Positions 51,063 to 63,834 of a stretch of 63,834 nt of DNA are shown here, piece by piece. The notes under the pieces were generated by a model. That model was not told the origin of the DNA and did no database searches. It worked only from the letters and a program-made list of their open reading frames with translations. The DNA comes from Octopus bimaculoides (lineage: Eukaryota). The position numbers were made by a program, and so were the translations under genes. Numbering within the stretch: position 1 is the first letter of the stretch; each line of letters begins with the position of its first letter. Location: the NCBI RefSeq assembly GCF_001194135.2, contig NC_068989.1, positions 15,760,008 through 15,823,841 of the forward strand, written 5' to 3'.

Positions 51063-51831
51063 AGATCGGAANNNNNNNNNNNNNNNNNNNNNNNNNNNNN
51101 NNNNNNNNNNNNNNNNNNNNNNNNNNNNNNNNNNNNNNNNNNNNNNNNNNNNNNNNNNNNNNNNNNNNNNTATATATATTCATGTAAATAAATACGTATG
51201 TATGTAGGTAAATATATTATATATACATAATTGTATATTTGTATACATGTATATATATGTATATATACATACGTGTGTGTGTGCGTGTGTGTGTGCGTGT
51301 GTGTGTGCGTGTGTGTATGCGTGTGTGTGTGCGTGTGTGTGTGTGTGCAATTGAATAAACTGATTACTTGCTCGAGGTTCGTCTTATAAGACTTCAATTT
51401 TAAACTGTGAAAACATCTGCATGCGCGCGTGTGCGTAAATGAAATTTTGAGTGGGAAAGGTATGGAACTCAATTATTTTTGTGAGAAAAAAAAACAAAAG
51501 AACAAATGCAAAACAGGCAAAGTTATTATATTGTAGAGCTATTTTCAACACATAAATATTATTCAAACCTCAGTTCAATTAGAATGTTCAAGACCAGAGG
51601 TTTAAAAAAATTATCAAAGTAGATATTTAAATTAAGTCCAAATATAAATTCAGTGCAAAGGAGTAACGAACAAAAGTTCGAACTCTCCTTATAAGAAAAA
51701 ATGCAATTGGAAGTAAGTAGTTGGCTTTATTGGGAAGCTATTATACAGAAAATGTTATAGTATGGCATTGGGTCGGGTGAGAAACATACTGAAAATCTAT
51801 TGATAGAGACAATCATATCGTATCAGTTATT

Positions 51832-51941
51832 GGAGAAGATGTATAAATAAAAATTTGACATATTTTTGGAGAAGATGCATAAATAAAAATTTGACATATT
51901 TTTGGAGAAGATGTATAAATAAGAATTTGACATATTATTGG
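51832..51941. repeat. 36-bp tandem repeat x3
   Basis: Unit ggagaagatgtataaataaaaatttgacatattttt. Confidence 0.93.
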
Positions 51942-52419
51942 TGAAGTTTTATGTTGAATTTAAATAAGCGAAATATATAAGCAGGAAATGCAATTAAATG
52001 AAACTGGAGCCACATTAGACTCAAAATAATGTGAATAAACCTTGTAGAAATCGAGGAAGGAAAAGTAAGAAGAAAACTATATGTAAACGAGAGCAGGTTT
52101 ACTATTGGCAGTTTGATACATTTTCTTTCTTTCTTTCTTTCTTTCAATGGAAAGAAGCGTTGCACAATGTTTTTTTCTTAAATCTTAATAACGTAATTAA
52201 AAACATATTTATTTTATTCTATAACTAGTTTTTAATATTTTAATTCGTCTTCAGCTTTTAATTTCTCAATATTTAGAGCTAAATTGTTTCGATATTTCTG
52301 ATCATCTTCGGTGCAATGTGTTCCACATGATTTAGTAGCCTTATTAATTATACTATATGCGACAAAAACTGGTAGTGATATAAATAGATAAAAATATAAT
52401 TATTTTTTTAAAGTGTTGA

Positions 52420-52443
52420 CCCTAACCCTAACCCTAACCCTAA
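52420..52443 (-). repeat. Short interstitial telomeric repeat (CCCTAA)4
   Basis: ccctaaccctaaccctaaccctaa. Confidence 0.9.
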
Positions 52444-52989
52444 TCTCTTCAAAGTTAGATTTATATACAACATTATAGAATGGTTACAACACATATAACA
52501 TATCTTCGCTGATTTCCTGTGATTATAACTGCTGCTTTCAATCAGATTCAACCCAAAGGCGCAGCGTAAAGTTAGATTCAGTTATTCCATGGGAACATGT
52601 CACAAAAATTGCAGTATCACCCATGTGTTCTGTGTTTACTTTTTTTCTGACTAGCACTTTCAAAAAATGTCGACTTACAACCATCACTTTTAAATGAAGA
52701 CTTCACTTTTTTTTTTTTTTTTGCTGAAATCTTTTTTATTTTTTCAATATTATAACTTTTGTTTCTATCAATTCTGCAAATCAATTAAACAACAGATTTA
52801 TTTTTCAGTAATTAATACTTATCATTTAATTTAATTTCAACTTCAGCTTGTAGTCTTTCTTTATTAGCAGACCGTCTGTTTGATGTGACTTCTTCCAGAC
52901 GAAATAAGTGTCTACAACTGGCACTCCGTCGATCACGACCACAAGTGTCTCAGTTGATCCGATCTACAGAACAATCTGCTTGTGAAATT

Positions 52990-53230
52990 TATGACCAAGT
53001 GACTGAGCACACCACAGGTATGCATACCCTTATCATAGTTCTCGGGGAGATTCAGCGCGACACACAATATAAGAAGGCTGGCCTCTTTCAAATACGGGTA
53101 CTACTCATTTTTGCCACTTGAGTGGACTGGAGCACCGTAAAATAAAGTGTCTTGCTCAAGGACATAACGCATCGCCATGAAGCGAACTCACGACCTTATG
53201 ATCATGAGCCGAATACCCTTAACACTTGCT
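52990..53230 (-). mobile_element. tRNA-derived SINE, family D
   Basis: Reverse complement: ggtcgtgagttcg (B-box-like), gtccttgagcaagacacttta, ccagtccactcaagtggcaaaaatgagtag. Confidence 0.75.
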
Positions 53231-54516
53231 CAAACACCTTCACAAAAGTATCTGTATTAATTATACTACAAGACAAGAATCAATCATAATGACAATTGAT
53301 AAAAATAGATGAAAGGGTTCGATAAAAATTGATGAAGTTCTTATTTCGTTGCATGTCAGATAAAAATAAAAGCGCGCTTTCTAGTTTGATGCCATTTTCG
53401 TCCGGCGTATCATTCCATACAACATCGCCCCGTGTTTTCCTCAACCCTACAAAGTGATTCCAACAAGAACAAGACTAATCTTATCTTCAAACGTTCACTC
53501 CTTCTGAGTTCAAGCACTAACTCTTTTTACTTCAACATGCATATCATCATGTAACACTCACATATACTTACATCTCCACACATGCATCAAAATATGCACA
53601 CAACAAAATACACACACAACACAAATACAAAAGCACATTTGCCGCCCTTGCACGCATTTACGGCATAAAAATATGCACAAAGACACATAAACGCCTTCAA
53701 TATTTCTTCAATAAAAGGTTCTATAAATATATTCATGAAATATATTCATGACAAAACACACAAACACAACTCGTAGGCAACACAACAGTAATAAAAGACA
53801 GACAAAATCATTTACAGTAATATCATACGTACACAGACAAACACACACATTCCCCTTAAAACCATCTCAACACATTCACGCTATACATCCAATCTCAACA
53901 CACATAAACGAATCAGCTCGGCTAATGTACATACACACACANNNNNNNNNNNNNNNNNNNNNNNNNNNNNNNNNNNNNNNNNNNNNNNNNNNNNNNNNNN
54001 NNNNNNNNNNNNNNNNNNNNNNNNNNNNNNNNNNNNNNNNNNNNNNNNNNNNNNNNNNNNNNNNNNNNNNNNNNNNNNNNNNNNNNNNNNNNNNNNNNNN
54101 NNNNNNNNNNNNNNNNNNNNNNNNNNNNNNNNNNNNNNNNNNNNNNNNNNNNNNNNNNNNNNNNNNNNNNNNNNNNNNNNNNNNNNNNNNNNNNNNNNNN
54201 NNNNNNNNNNNNNNNNNNNNNNNNNNNNNNNNNNNNNNNNNNNNNNNNNNNNNNNNNNNNNNNNNNNNNNNNNNNNNNNNNNNNNNNNNNNNNNNNNNNN
54301 NNNNNNNNNNNNNNNNNNNNNNNNNNNNNNNNNNNNNNNNNNNNNNNNNNNNNNNNNNNNNNNNNNNNNNNNNNNNNNNNNNNNNNNNNNNNNNNNNNNN
54401 NNNNNNNNNNNNNNNNTTATAGACCTTGCAGTTGATATTACTTTATCTTGATCGAACAGATCTAGGACCAAAAGTATCTCAGTCATGACCATCCGGCTTC
54501 TGTGTGTGCGAGTATG

Positions 54517-54564
<48 letters not shown>

Positions 54565-55394
54565 ACTACACACATGCTGTTGGTGATTTCTTCTCCTTCT
54601 TTGGACTTTTCTTTTTTCTCCTTTCTGACAAAGAACTATGCTCGAAACTTCAAAAACTCTTTCTTTTATATAGTTCGCAACGCAACAAAGTGTCTTTAGG
54701 TTCAGTGAATTATGTAGACGGAAACTGTGCAGAATCCTATCGGATGTGTGTGCACACGCGCGCATGCACCATTGTGCTTGCGTTTATCTATCGGCGCTTA
54801 AGACTAGTGTTGCTTTGTTAACATCATTGTAACCTTTTAGTTTTGCATAACCGTATCGATAGAATAATTATCAGAATTTTTTTAAAGGATGTGTCTTACG
54901 GCACAACTGCGATGGGTTTCATTGACCAAACTCTTCAAGGCAATGCCATAACATGGTTACTACCCAGTGACAGAAGCAAGTAAAGGAATAAAAGAAAACG
55001 GGTATATGTGCATATGTAGATATGTTGCTTCACATGTACATATACAGATGCACACATATAATTATATTCACACACATTATTTCGTTTTATACGTATGTCT
55101 GTATGAATGACATACATACATAAGTATATTTCGATATATTTCAGTTTTACAGCGTAGAAGGTTTATTTTAGTCATTCATAAACACGGAGAAACTGTTAAC
55201 TTCTCTTAATCATATATTAGTTGACGTCACAATTTACGTTGCATTACCTGCGACCTTGTTGCTGACATAGTTCCTGTGCAACTCAGTGGTACTTGTCAGT
55301 GACCAGGCTGCAGATAGTGCGGGGGAAATTTAGATGCCAAATAATTCTTTCTACACAAAGCATAAAATTTGGGCACAGCGATCTTGAATGAAGC

Positions 55395-55650
55395 ATTTCG
55401 AATGGTTTAATGGTTAGGGAGTTACACTCACGATCGCATGAAAATGGTTTCAATTCCTGGAGTGGGTGGTGCGTTGTGTTCTTGAGCAAGACACTTCATC
55501 TCACGTTGCTCTACGATAACTTCAGTACTTGATGTGTGGTAGATCCTCTACCTGTTCCGGCAACGTCAATTTGATGGAGGGAACGAGCTAATGTACAACA
55601 CATATACTTGATTGCTATAAACAGATCATAGCGCGGGTTGTTCAGCCTGA
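55395..55650 (+). mobile_element. tRNA-derived SINE related to family D
   Basis: ggtttaatggttagg (A-box-like), ggtttcaattcc (B-box-like), gtgttcttgagcaagacacttcatctcacgttgctc. Confidence 0.7.
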
Positions 55651-55689
55651 AATTTCAGAACTGTCTTTCTCGAACTATGAGAGATAACA

Positions 55690-55803
55690 CTCACTTTATC
55701 GACCTCGAAAGGATGAAAAGCGAAGTCAACTTCGGCGAATTTTGAACTCAGAAATGCCGTTAAGTATTTTTGGGGCGTGCTAAAGATTCTGCTAGCTCGC
55801 CGC
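55690..55803 (-). mobile_element. SINE family A/B 5' part
   Basis: Reverse complement gcggcgagctagcagaatctttagcacg...tctgagttcaaaattcgccgaagttgac. Confidence 0.8.
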
Positions 55804-56129
55804 TCTTTTGATACCAAGTAATAAATCATTGAGTGACATTAACAGTTCTTCTGTGTTTTTAAATGATTAAAATGAACCTTCCACCCTGTAATTACTGTAG
55901 TTTCAATACTCGGTCTCAGATGAAATCACTTGCTAGAGAAGTAGAAATCCGAAATATTTTAGTTTTGTTTCAAGTATGTAATAGTCATATTATGCAATTC
56001 ACTGTGATGACATTTGTAACATTGATATATGGCTTCTGTATAGTGCCAAGAGTGCAATTATTAGAGTAATCGATCCAGTTATTACTGCTATTATTATTCT
56101 CACATTGTTGTTGTTGTTTTGTTTTATAC

Positions 56130-56500
56130 GAGAAGATTCTCGACCTTGCGAGACAATTGCCTAACAGCCTCTTTCTAGTGCAACATTAATATTAAAATTT
56201 AAATAGAGTTCGAAATGAACTTATTGAGTTATTTAAACTTACTGAGTTACTTAAAGAATTAGCCTTAGGAATCATCGCTGACACCATCGCTAACTTTTAT
56301 AAGGTTATTTTGCATTTAGGTATGAAATAATATTATATATATATATTTAAGAGCCATTTTCCTACAAAAACTTTCAAGAATTTTGTATCAATTCCTGGTA
56401 AATATACATCTATAGATGATGATGCGTTTAATAGTGCCTCTCACAACAAGACTCCTGTCACAGTGTTTTCTCACATAAAATCTACAGAATCATAAAAATG
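56130..56500 (+). mobile_element. Very decayed PLE RT fragment (GLYRDD-type)
   Basis: L-RDNCL...NLNRVRNELIELFKL...ANFYKVILHL...KTFKNFV, collinear with 18130-18420. Confidence 0.4.
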
Positions 56501-56880
56501 TTTTTAACCACAGTTAAACTGCGTTTTAATTTCTCTGTTTTCATTAACGTGTGTTTATATGTAAATATATTTATATAGAAACGTGTTTGTTGCTAGTACA
56601 TGTTTAAACTGACAAACAAGACTACTTATACAAGATGTAGAATTATTCTATTCATGCTAATTATCTCTGTGGTACCTCAACGAAAGCAAGAAAAGGGAAA
56701 AACTCGAAATATTGACCAAATGATCCACAATGTATATTATATTAATAGTTATAATATTTGCTGAACGTATAACAATTAGAAGGAACACGAAATCGCTAAC
56801 TGTTGAATATAGCATTGTTTAATGCACACCAGTGTACTTCAGAATTAGTATATAAATGTAAATATATGAAGGTAATAGAG

Positions 56881-56917
<37 letters not shown>

Positions 56918-57183
56918 ATTTAAAGGTTATCGTTGCTTTTTCATGATGTAATTGTTTCATTTTCAACATATTATCTCAGATGAAATTACCTGTCAAACAA
57001 GTAAACTACGAATTTAATTGTAAATATATGTATGTGTACATGTATACACACACACACATACATATACACGCCTGTATGTGTATACATATATGTGTGTGTG
57101 TATTATATATATGTGTGTGTGTGTATAAACAAGAATAAAAATGGAGAAAATCATGTCTTTAATTGGTGATTAAACCATAGGTT

Positions 57184-57298
57184 ACTGGCGATCGTTTCCA
57201 CTTTGTCAGTATATTTATATACAGAAAAAGGTATAAAAAATATTTTCATACCTTTTTCCGAATCTAAATATGCTGACACAATAGTAACGATCGTCAGT
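57184..57298. repeat. 115-bp palindrome
   Basis: actggcgatcgtttccactttgtcag / ctgacacaatagtaacgatcgtcagt, with inner agaaaaaggtat/ataccttttt. Confidence 0.88.
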
Positions 57299-57699
57299 GG
57301 CTTTTACCATTCTTGCTCTTGCTGTCTTTTACTTCGAATTTCTTGAAATTCTTCTAAACAATATTTAGATTTGATTGTCATACATGAAGAATTACTTTGT
57401 GTATTCTACTTGCATTTATTGTTAGCCGATTGTTGGATGTAGTTAATCAAATTCGTTTAACACTGAGTGCTTTGTAAATATCTGCCTGCCTTTATAAATC
57501 CTTTTTTAAGTTTTATTATATTATTATACGTATTACGTGCTTTATTCACATAGTTTCCTCTCTTGCACAGTTACGTCTAACACCTCTTATATCTAGTTGT
57601 TAAAAGTCATAGCACCAGTAAAATAAATTCCTTGCAATGCTCAGGAGGCCCCTTAAAATGAGTTGACAGCATTTTCTTATCTAAGTGATAAACACATTC

Positions 57700-57900
57700 A
57701 TACATCCATCCATCCCCATCTATCCATCTATCCCCCTATCTATCCATCCATCCATCCATCCATCCATCCATCCAAACATATATAAACACATATATATGAA
57801 TACACACATGCATATATACATACATACATACACGTCTATACGGTCATATATATTCATATACATATATACAAAAATAAATGTATATGGAACATTTGCGTGC

Positions 57901-57970
<70 letters not shown>

Positions 57971-58022
57971 GTGAGTGTCGGGGAAAATTTGCATGTGTGT
58001 TTTAGCTAGCTAGCTAGCTAGC

Positions 58023-58097
<75 letters not shown>
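57700..58097. repeat. Compound tetranucleotide microsatellites (ATCC, ATCT, GCTA, GACA, GATA)
   Basis: Successive runs visible directly in the sequence. Confidence 0.95.
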
Positions 58098-58119
<22 letters not shown>

Positions 58120-58530
58120 TTCTTTTATTAGCCACACAGGGCTCAACGAAGATGGGACAAATACAATGTAGAGCTTTTCTTTTTGGGAGGGGGAAGGAAA
58201 AAAAAGGGGGGGTCGATCAAAAGGGATCGTAGGAAGGAAAAGGGGGTAGTTCGATCAAAAGGGATCAAAAGGGATCAAAAAAAAAAAAAAAAAAGGGCGA
58301 TCAATAGGGATCGTGTATCACACAGTAATGTTCTCATGTAAAAGGAGGGGAGGACAGTTTAGGTTTGGCCGTGGAAAGAAAAGCCTACGGAAAAGACCAC
58401 GGTAACCTTGGTCAATATTCTCATTGAAGAAACTATAACAGTAAGTGACTCTCTTTTGCCTTTTTGTTTTCTTTTTTTTCTTGGATTTTTTTTTTTTTTT
58501 AGTTCATAGGGTTATGCTCAGATAGATACA
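58098..58530 (-). mobile_element. Tx1/L1-like LINE 3' UTR with (ATCT)n tail
   Basis: ttcatagggttatgctca and gtaagtgactc are shared with 62065-62105, directly after the Tx1-like stop. On the minus strand it ends gtggctaataaaagaaatctatct. Confidence 0.7.
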
Positions 58531-59304
58531 TACATACATACATACATACATACAAACAAACAAACATACGTACATACATACATACTGACAGACAGACAAA
58601 ATTCAAATTTCAATTTTAAATCTGAACTAACCCACCGTTTCTTTGCGTTAATCACATTATCTTCAGAGGTCGAAACTGTTTACCGCAACTATTTCTATCT
58701 TATTGATACAGGTCAAATTTAAAAGGAACAAAAGAACATATAACACAAACAAAACAACGCTAGATAGAATTTTTTTTTAGAAAAATCAATAAAACCACTT
58801 AAGATAACAGGATCTGTTATCATGCTATATTTGGAATCTAGTTAGTATCTATTTCTGATAGAAACAAAGAAGAAGGAGAGTGTAAATATTTTCAATAAAA
58901 GTTGTAGTATTAGTAATAGATAACGATCAATACCTCACTTTGAAAGTTCTAATAGTTATATTAGTTTAGAAAGCTATAATAACTAAATGTTATTACTGTT
59001 TAAATTTTGTATGAGAAAATGTTTCGAAATAGATCAAATAAAAGATATGTTTTTTCAAAAAATATTACAAAATTTGAAACTACTAATGAAAACATCAATT
59101 ATTTACTTAACATTTATTTAACCGATAGGTAAGTCACCTTTACTTGATGTAATAAGTTTTGTTTGAATATCTATGGTACTGATTACTTTCTGTAATAAAT
59201 TTATTCAAATGTCCATGGTACTGGCTTTATGTATATACTAACAGAAAGTTAATATAAAATGACAACTTAACAATCTAGTCTCAATAGATTTAACTTTTAC
59301 ATAA

Positions 59305-60040
<736 letters not shown>

Positions 60041-60656
60041 AATAAAAATAGTGATATCTAAATATTTAACTATATAGTGGTATTTAACTATTATGTCTAG
60101 TACTCATCATCACTGAATCTAAGCATACATAACAAAAGCGGTGTAATCTATATTTATCTACATCCTCCGGTTGTACTTCATAATACAATTGATTTATATT
60201 TTAATATGTTTTATCTAGGAAAAATATGACCTCAAAAGATAACTATTTTGAATTGTTATTTTGCACCAATTAATGATAGAAGAAAAATGATCGTATTCTA
60301 TTTACAAGGGGGTATCGATATACTTTAATCAATTATACAAATTAGCCTAACGTTTTAAATAAGTTAACTATTATATATATTTAATTATAGTTTTAAATTT
60401 AGCTACCATTAATATGTATTAGGGATAGTTAATGGGAAGAATAAAAATAAGAAAAATATTTTTTTAAAAATCCTTTTCTCATAAAACGGAGAAAACTCTG
60501 GCGGTTAAGGTATTTAAGCTAAAAATTCTTCCACTTTTAAAATTATTCAACGCCAACAAAGTGTCCGTGGAGTATTTTCAAAGAAATAGAAAAGTGAAAA
60601 GTTAAGTGATGATTTTCTAAACTAGAATTTTCAAGTATAACAACACACTCACATGC

Positions 60657-60702
<46 letters not shown>

Positions 60703-61199
60703 CTGTTTAAGGATCACAATACATATCTTTGGGTGCTACTGATAGTTCCACGTGTCTGAAAATCCAAACATTTCTTCAGGTGCAGAGCACTCTTTGTGCT
60801 AAACTAATAACTTTAAATATGGCGTAGAGTGTGAGAATAAGCGAAAAAAAAAACGTGAAAAAATGATAGCATATAGAAGATCTTAACATCTAACCGGAAA
60901 ACAAAACCAAAGGACCTGATGTCAATTTAAATAATGTACGAAATTAAATGTAAATTAAATGTAAATTGTGTAATGACAGTAAAAATGTATGTGAAAAATA
61001 AATATATAAAATATTAGGCAAAAATGTCGGGAATGTAAAAATTTATAAAATTTGTAAAAGATAAAAAGATATAAAGGATAAAAAAAACAAGCCTAAAGAA
61101 ATACTAAAATAAAGTGAGGGGAGAAAATATAATAGTAAGCGAGCTAACTTCCTTAATCTTTAAATGATAAGGTCGGGAGTATGTCACATCAATCTGGGA

Positions 61200-61845
61200 T
61201 GGGTAAGATTGTCCAGCTCTTCAAAATATATTTTTGCATATGTCTGCAACCACTGAAAACTTTAGACCTCGAGCTCAATATTGAGGCAGACTTGTTACCC
61301 TCCTGCTATATTAAAACACCTGGTAGCTAATTATTAGAAGAGTGCTTTACCTCCCTTCTCCCTTTTCGAGAGGGCAGCCGATAGCGGGTTTAAAGATAAG
61401 TTAACATATAATCTCTCTAACACTAACCATGATATTAAGGGTAGATATAGCAGTACCAACGATAATATAGTACATAAATATACTAACAGTAATCTAAATG
61501 CTAACAAAAAATCAAAAATAGGCTAAGGAAAATAATTTGGTTCGCCCCTCCCTTTTCACTCAATGTAAAAACGAACATTGGTAGGAAATTCTTGACTCTC
61601 CTAGACAAACATTTTCCTGTAAACCACAGATATAGAAAAATTTTCAACACGCGATTAGTGAAATTATCGTATAGCTGCTGCCCCAACATAAAAAGGTTCA
61701 TTACACGTGGCCAACATTAGGGTTAGGGTTAGGGTTAGCCTGAAGCCGGCTGCAGCTGTCGTGATCCATGATCCTGTCCACTCGAAACGGTGCATGACAA
61801 AGGTAATTTTATATGAGGCGGAAGTCACTGCAATCCTAAATAATA
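61200..61845 (+). mobile_element. PLE fragment (GLYRDD-type): thumb, linker and start of GIY-YIG
   Basis: ADSGFKDKLTY...RKIIWFAPPFSLNVKTNIGRKFLTLLDKHFP...KIFN...VKLSYSCCPNIK...GCSCRDP*SCPLE/RCMTKVILYEAEV. Confidence 0.85.
61717..61738 (+). repeat. Interstitial telomeric repeat, (TTAGGG)3 plus TTAG, inside the PLE ORF
   Basis: ttagggttagggttagggttag. Confidence 0.9.
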
Positions 61846-61846
61846 A

Positions 61847-62040
<194 letters not shown>

Positions 62041-62044
62041 ATGT

Positions 62045-62165
62045 TATGCAGTGAAACACTACAGCAAGTGACTCCCTTTTTTTCTGGTTCATAGGGTTAT
62101 GCTCAAGGTGGCTCCGTCATTCACACGTGCCATCCTTGCTACATTCACCCATCTTTTCTTGAAGC

Positions 62166-62167
<2 letters not shown>
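62045..62167 (-). mobile_element. Tx1/L1-like LINE C-terminal fragment
   Basis: KKRWVNVARMARVNDGATLSITL* followed by the start of the 3' UTR shared with 58430-58530. Confidence 0.75.
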
Positions 62168-62201
<34 letters not shown>

Positions 62202-62704
62202 TTTTCTGTCACAATGAATAATTGGACGATATCTTAGATAAGAAAATATTATTGCTACTTTAATCACAGAGTACTTATAATACTTATATAAGACAAGTCA
62301 CGACAGCCTATATTCTTTAAACTAGAATCAAATTTAAGTTAAATTTTGTAAAGAGAAACACCCGGTATATACAATAGTAAATATTCCCTAATTAGGATAG
62401 CACTTTCTAAAGAATTGTCCACAGAATAATATCGATCTATACTTAATGAATTGCGTGCTTCATTATTACATTTCTTGCAGCAAAAGCAAAACGTTTTCAA
62501 TAATAATTAGTAGAAACAATTATAAATCTTTGAAAGTTGACAAATAAAAGTAAACTAAATTTATATACTTCCTACTGAGATTATTTAATTCTTATTAGGA
62601 TAAGATCTAGATATAAACCTTAAGTAGTATGTATATGTGTTAATACTGAATATGTGCATATAGATATTTATAGATAGATGATACAATTAAATATCACACA
62701 AACA

Positions 62705-62756
<52 letters not shown>

Positions 62757-63596
62757 ACAAATATATATATATATATATATANNNNNNNNNNNNNNNNNNN
62801 NNNNNNNNNNNNNNNNNNNNNNNNNNNNNNNNNNNNNNNNNNNNNNNNNNNNNNNNNNNNNNNNNNNNNNNNNNNNNNNNNNNNNNNNNNNNNNNNNNNN
62901 NNNNNNNNNNNNNNNNNNNNNNNNNNNNNNNNNNNNNNNNNNNNNNNNNNNNNNNNNNNNNNNNNNNNNNNNNNNNNNNNNNNNNNNNNNNNNNNNNNNN
63001 NNNNNNNNNNNNNNNNNNNNNNNNNNNNNNNNNNNNNNNNNNNNNNNNNNNNNNNNNNNNNNNNNNNNNNNNNNNNNNNNNNNNNNNNNNNNNNNNNNNN
63101 NNNNNNNNNNNNNNNNNNNNNNNNNNNNNNNNNNNNNNNNNNNNNNNNNNNNNNNNNNNNNNNNNNNNNNNNNNNNNNNNNNNNNNNNNNNNNNNNNNNN
63201 NNNNNNNNNNNNNNNNNNNNNNNNNNNNNNNNNNNNNNNNNNNNNNNNNNNNNNNNNNNNNNNNNNNNNNNNNNNNNNNNNNNNNNNNNNNNNNNNNNNN
63301 NNNNNNNNNNNNNNNNNNNNNNNNNNNNNNNNNNNNNNNNNNNNNNNNNNNNNNNNNNNNNNNNNNNNNNNNNNNNNNNNNNNNNNNNNNNNNNNNNNNN
63401 NNNNNNNNNNNNNATATATATATATATAAGTCCAAAATAAGACAAAAAAACAACAACGTGAGGACGTGATACGGATAGTGTTATTAGACGCTCGGGAAAG
63501 GAAAGAGTATATATTATTGTTAAACAAGACGTCAGACATTAAGGCAAGGCAAAATCTCAAGTCATACACAATATTATTACAGGAAGAAATTCAAAA

Positions 63597-63650
63597 TCTT
63601 ACAGCTGTTTCTGGGATATCCCCAAGTATGAGATATTTCGTCATCAGAGA
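63597..63650 (-). ncRNA. Type I hammerhead motif with decayed helix II, GUA site
   Basis: Minus strand TCT-CTGATGA-CGAAATATCTCATACTTGGGGATATCCCA-GAAAC-AGCT-GTA-AGA. Same family as 38619. Confidence 0.68.
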
Positions 63651-63800
63651 CAAATTGGGGAAAATATATGGAAAATGAGAATGGTATATATCAGTAAGAT
63701 GACAACATAGAGGAAGGGAGTAAAAGAATAAGGAGATCAAAAGAGAGAAGTAATAAGAAGCATAGAAGTTCGTAGTTCAACTTGCTGAAGTTATAGGAAC

Positions 63801-63834
<34 letters not shown>

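Noticed and set aside
51832-51941. 36-bp repeats as a CRISPR-like array
   Set aside because: The units are directly adjacent with no spacers, in a eukaryotic context. This is a minisatellite.
60730-60790. Hammerhead-like motif on the minus strand (CTGAAGA...GGAAC-TATCA-GTA)
   Set aside because: A13 is mutated, the helix III loop is non-palindromic, and helix I does not pair. At best a fossil.

Overview
This is AT-rich, gap-ridden eukaryotic DNA. It is inferred to be from a coleoid cephalopod (Octopus-like), based on the SINE families, the microsatellite density and the TTAGGG repeats. No host protein-coding gene could be identified; there are only three weak candidate exons. Almost all ORFs in the supplied track are artefacts of N-gaps and simple repeats. 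The interpretable sequence is a mosaic of decayed transposons: Penelope-like retroelements (PLEs) of two types, R4/Dong-like, Tx1/L1-like and CR1/L2-like LINEs, several tRNA-derived SINE families, mariner/Tc1/pogo elements, a Helitron helicase remnant, a solo LTR and several foldback palindromes. The most striking signal is non-coding: six type I hammerhead ribozyme motifs, at 3514, 5416, 32115, 37645, 38619 and 63597. All have a minimal helix III formed by a palindrome (perfect in five copies, one substitution from perfect in the sixth) whose sequence varies between copies. Their helix II ranges from about 12 to about 100 nt. Hammerheads in PLEs are a known class, but this density, the covarying palindromes and the long helix II variants merit testing. 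All family assignments come from manual translation and motif recognition; no database searches were run.
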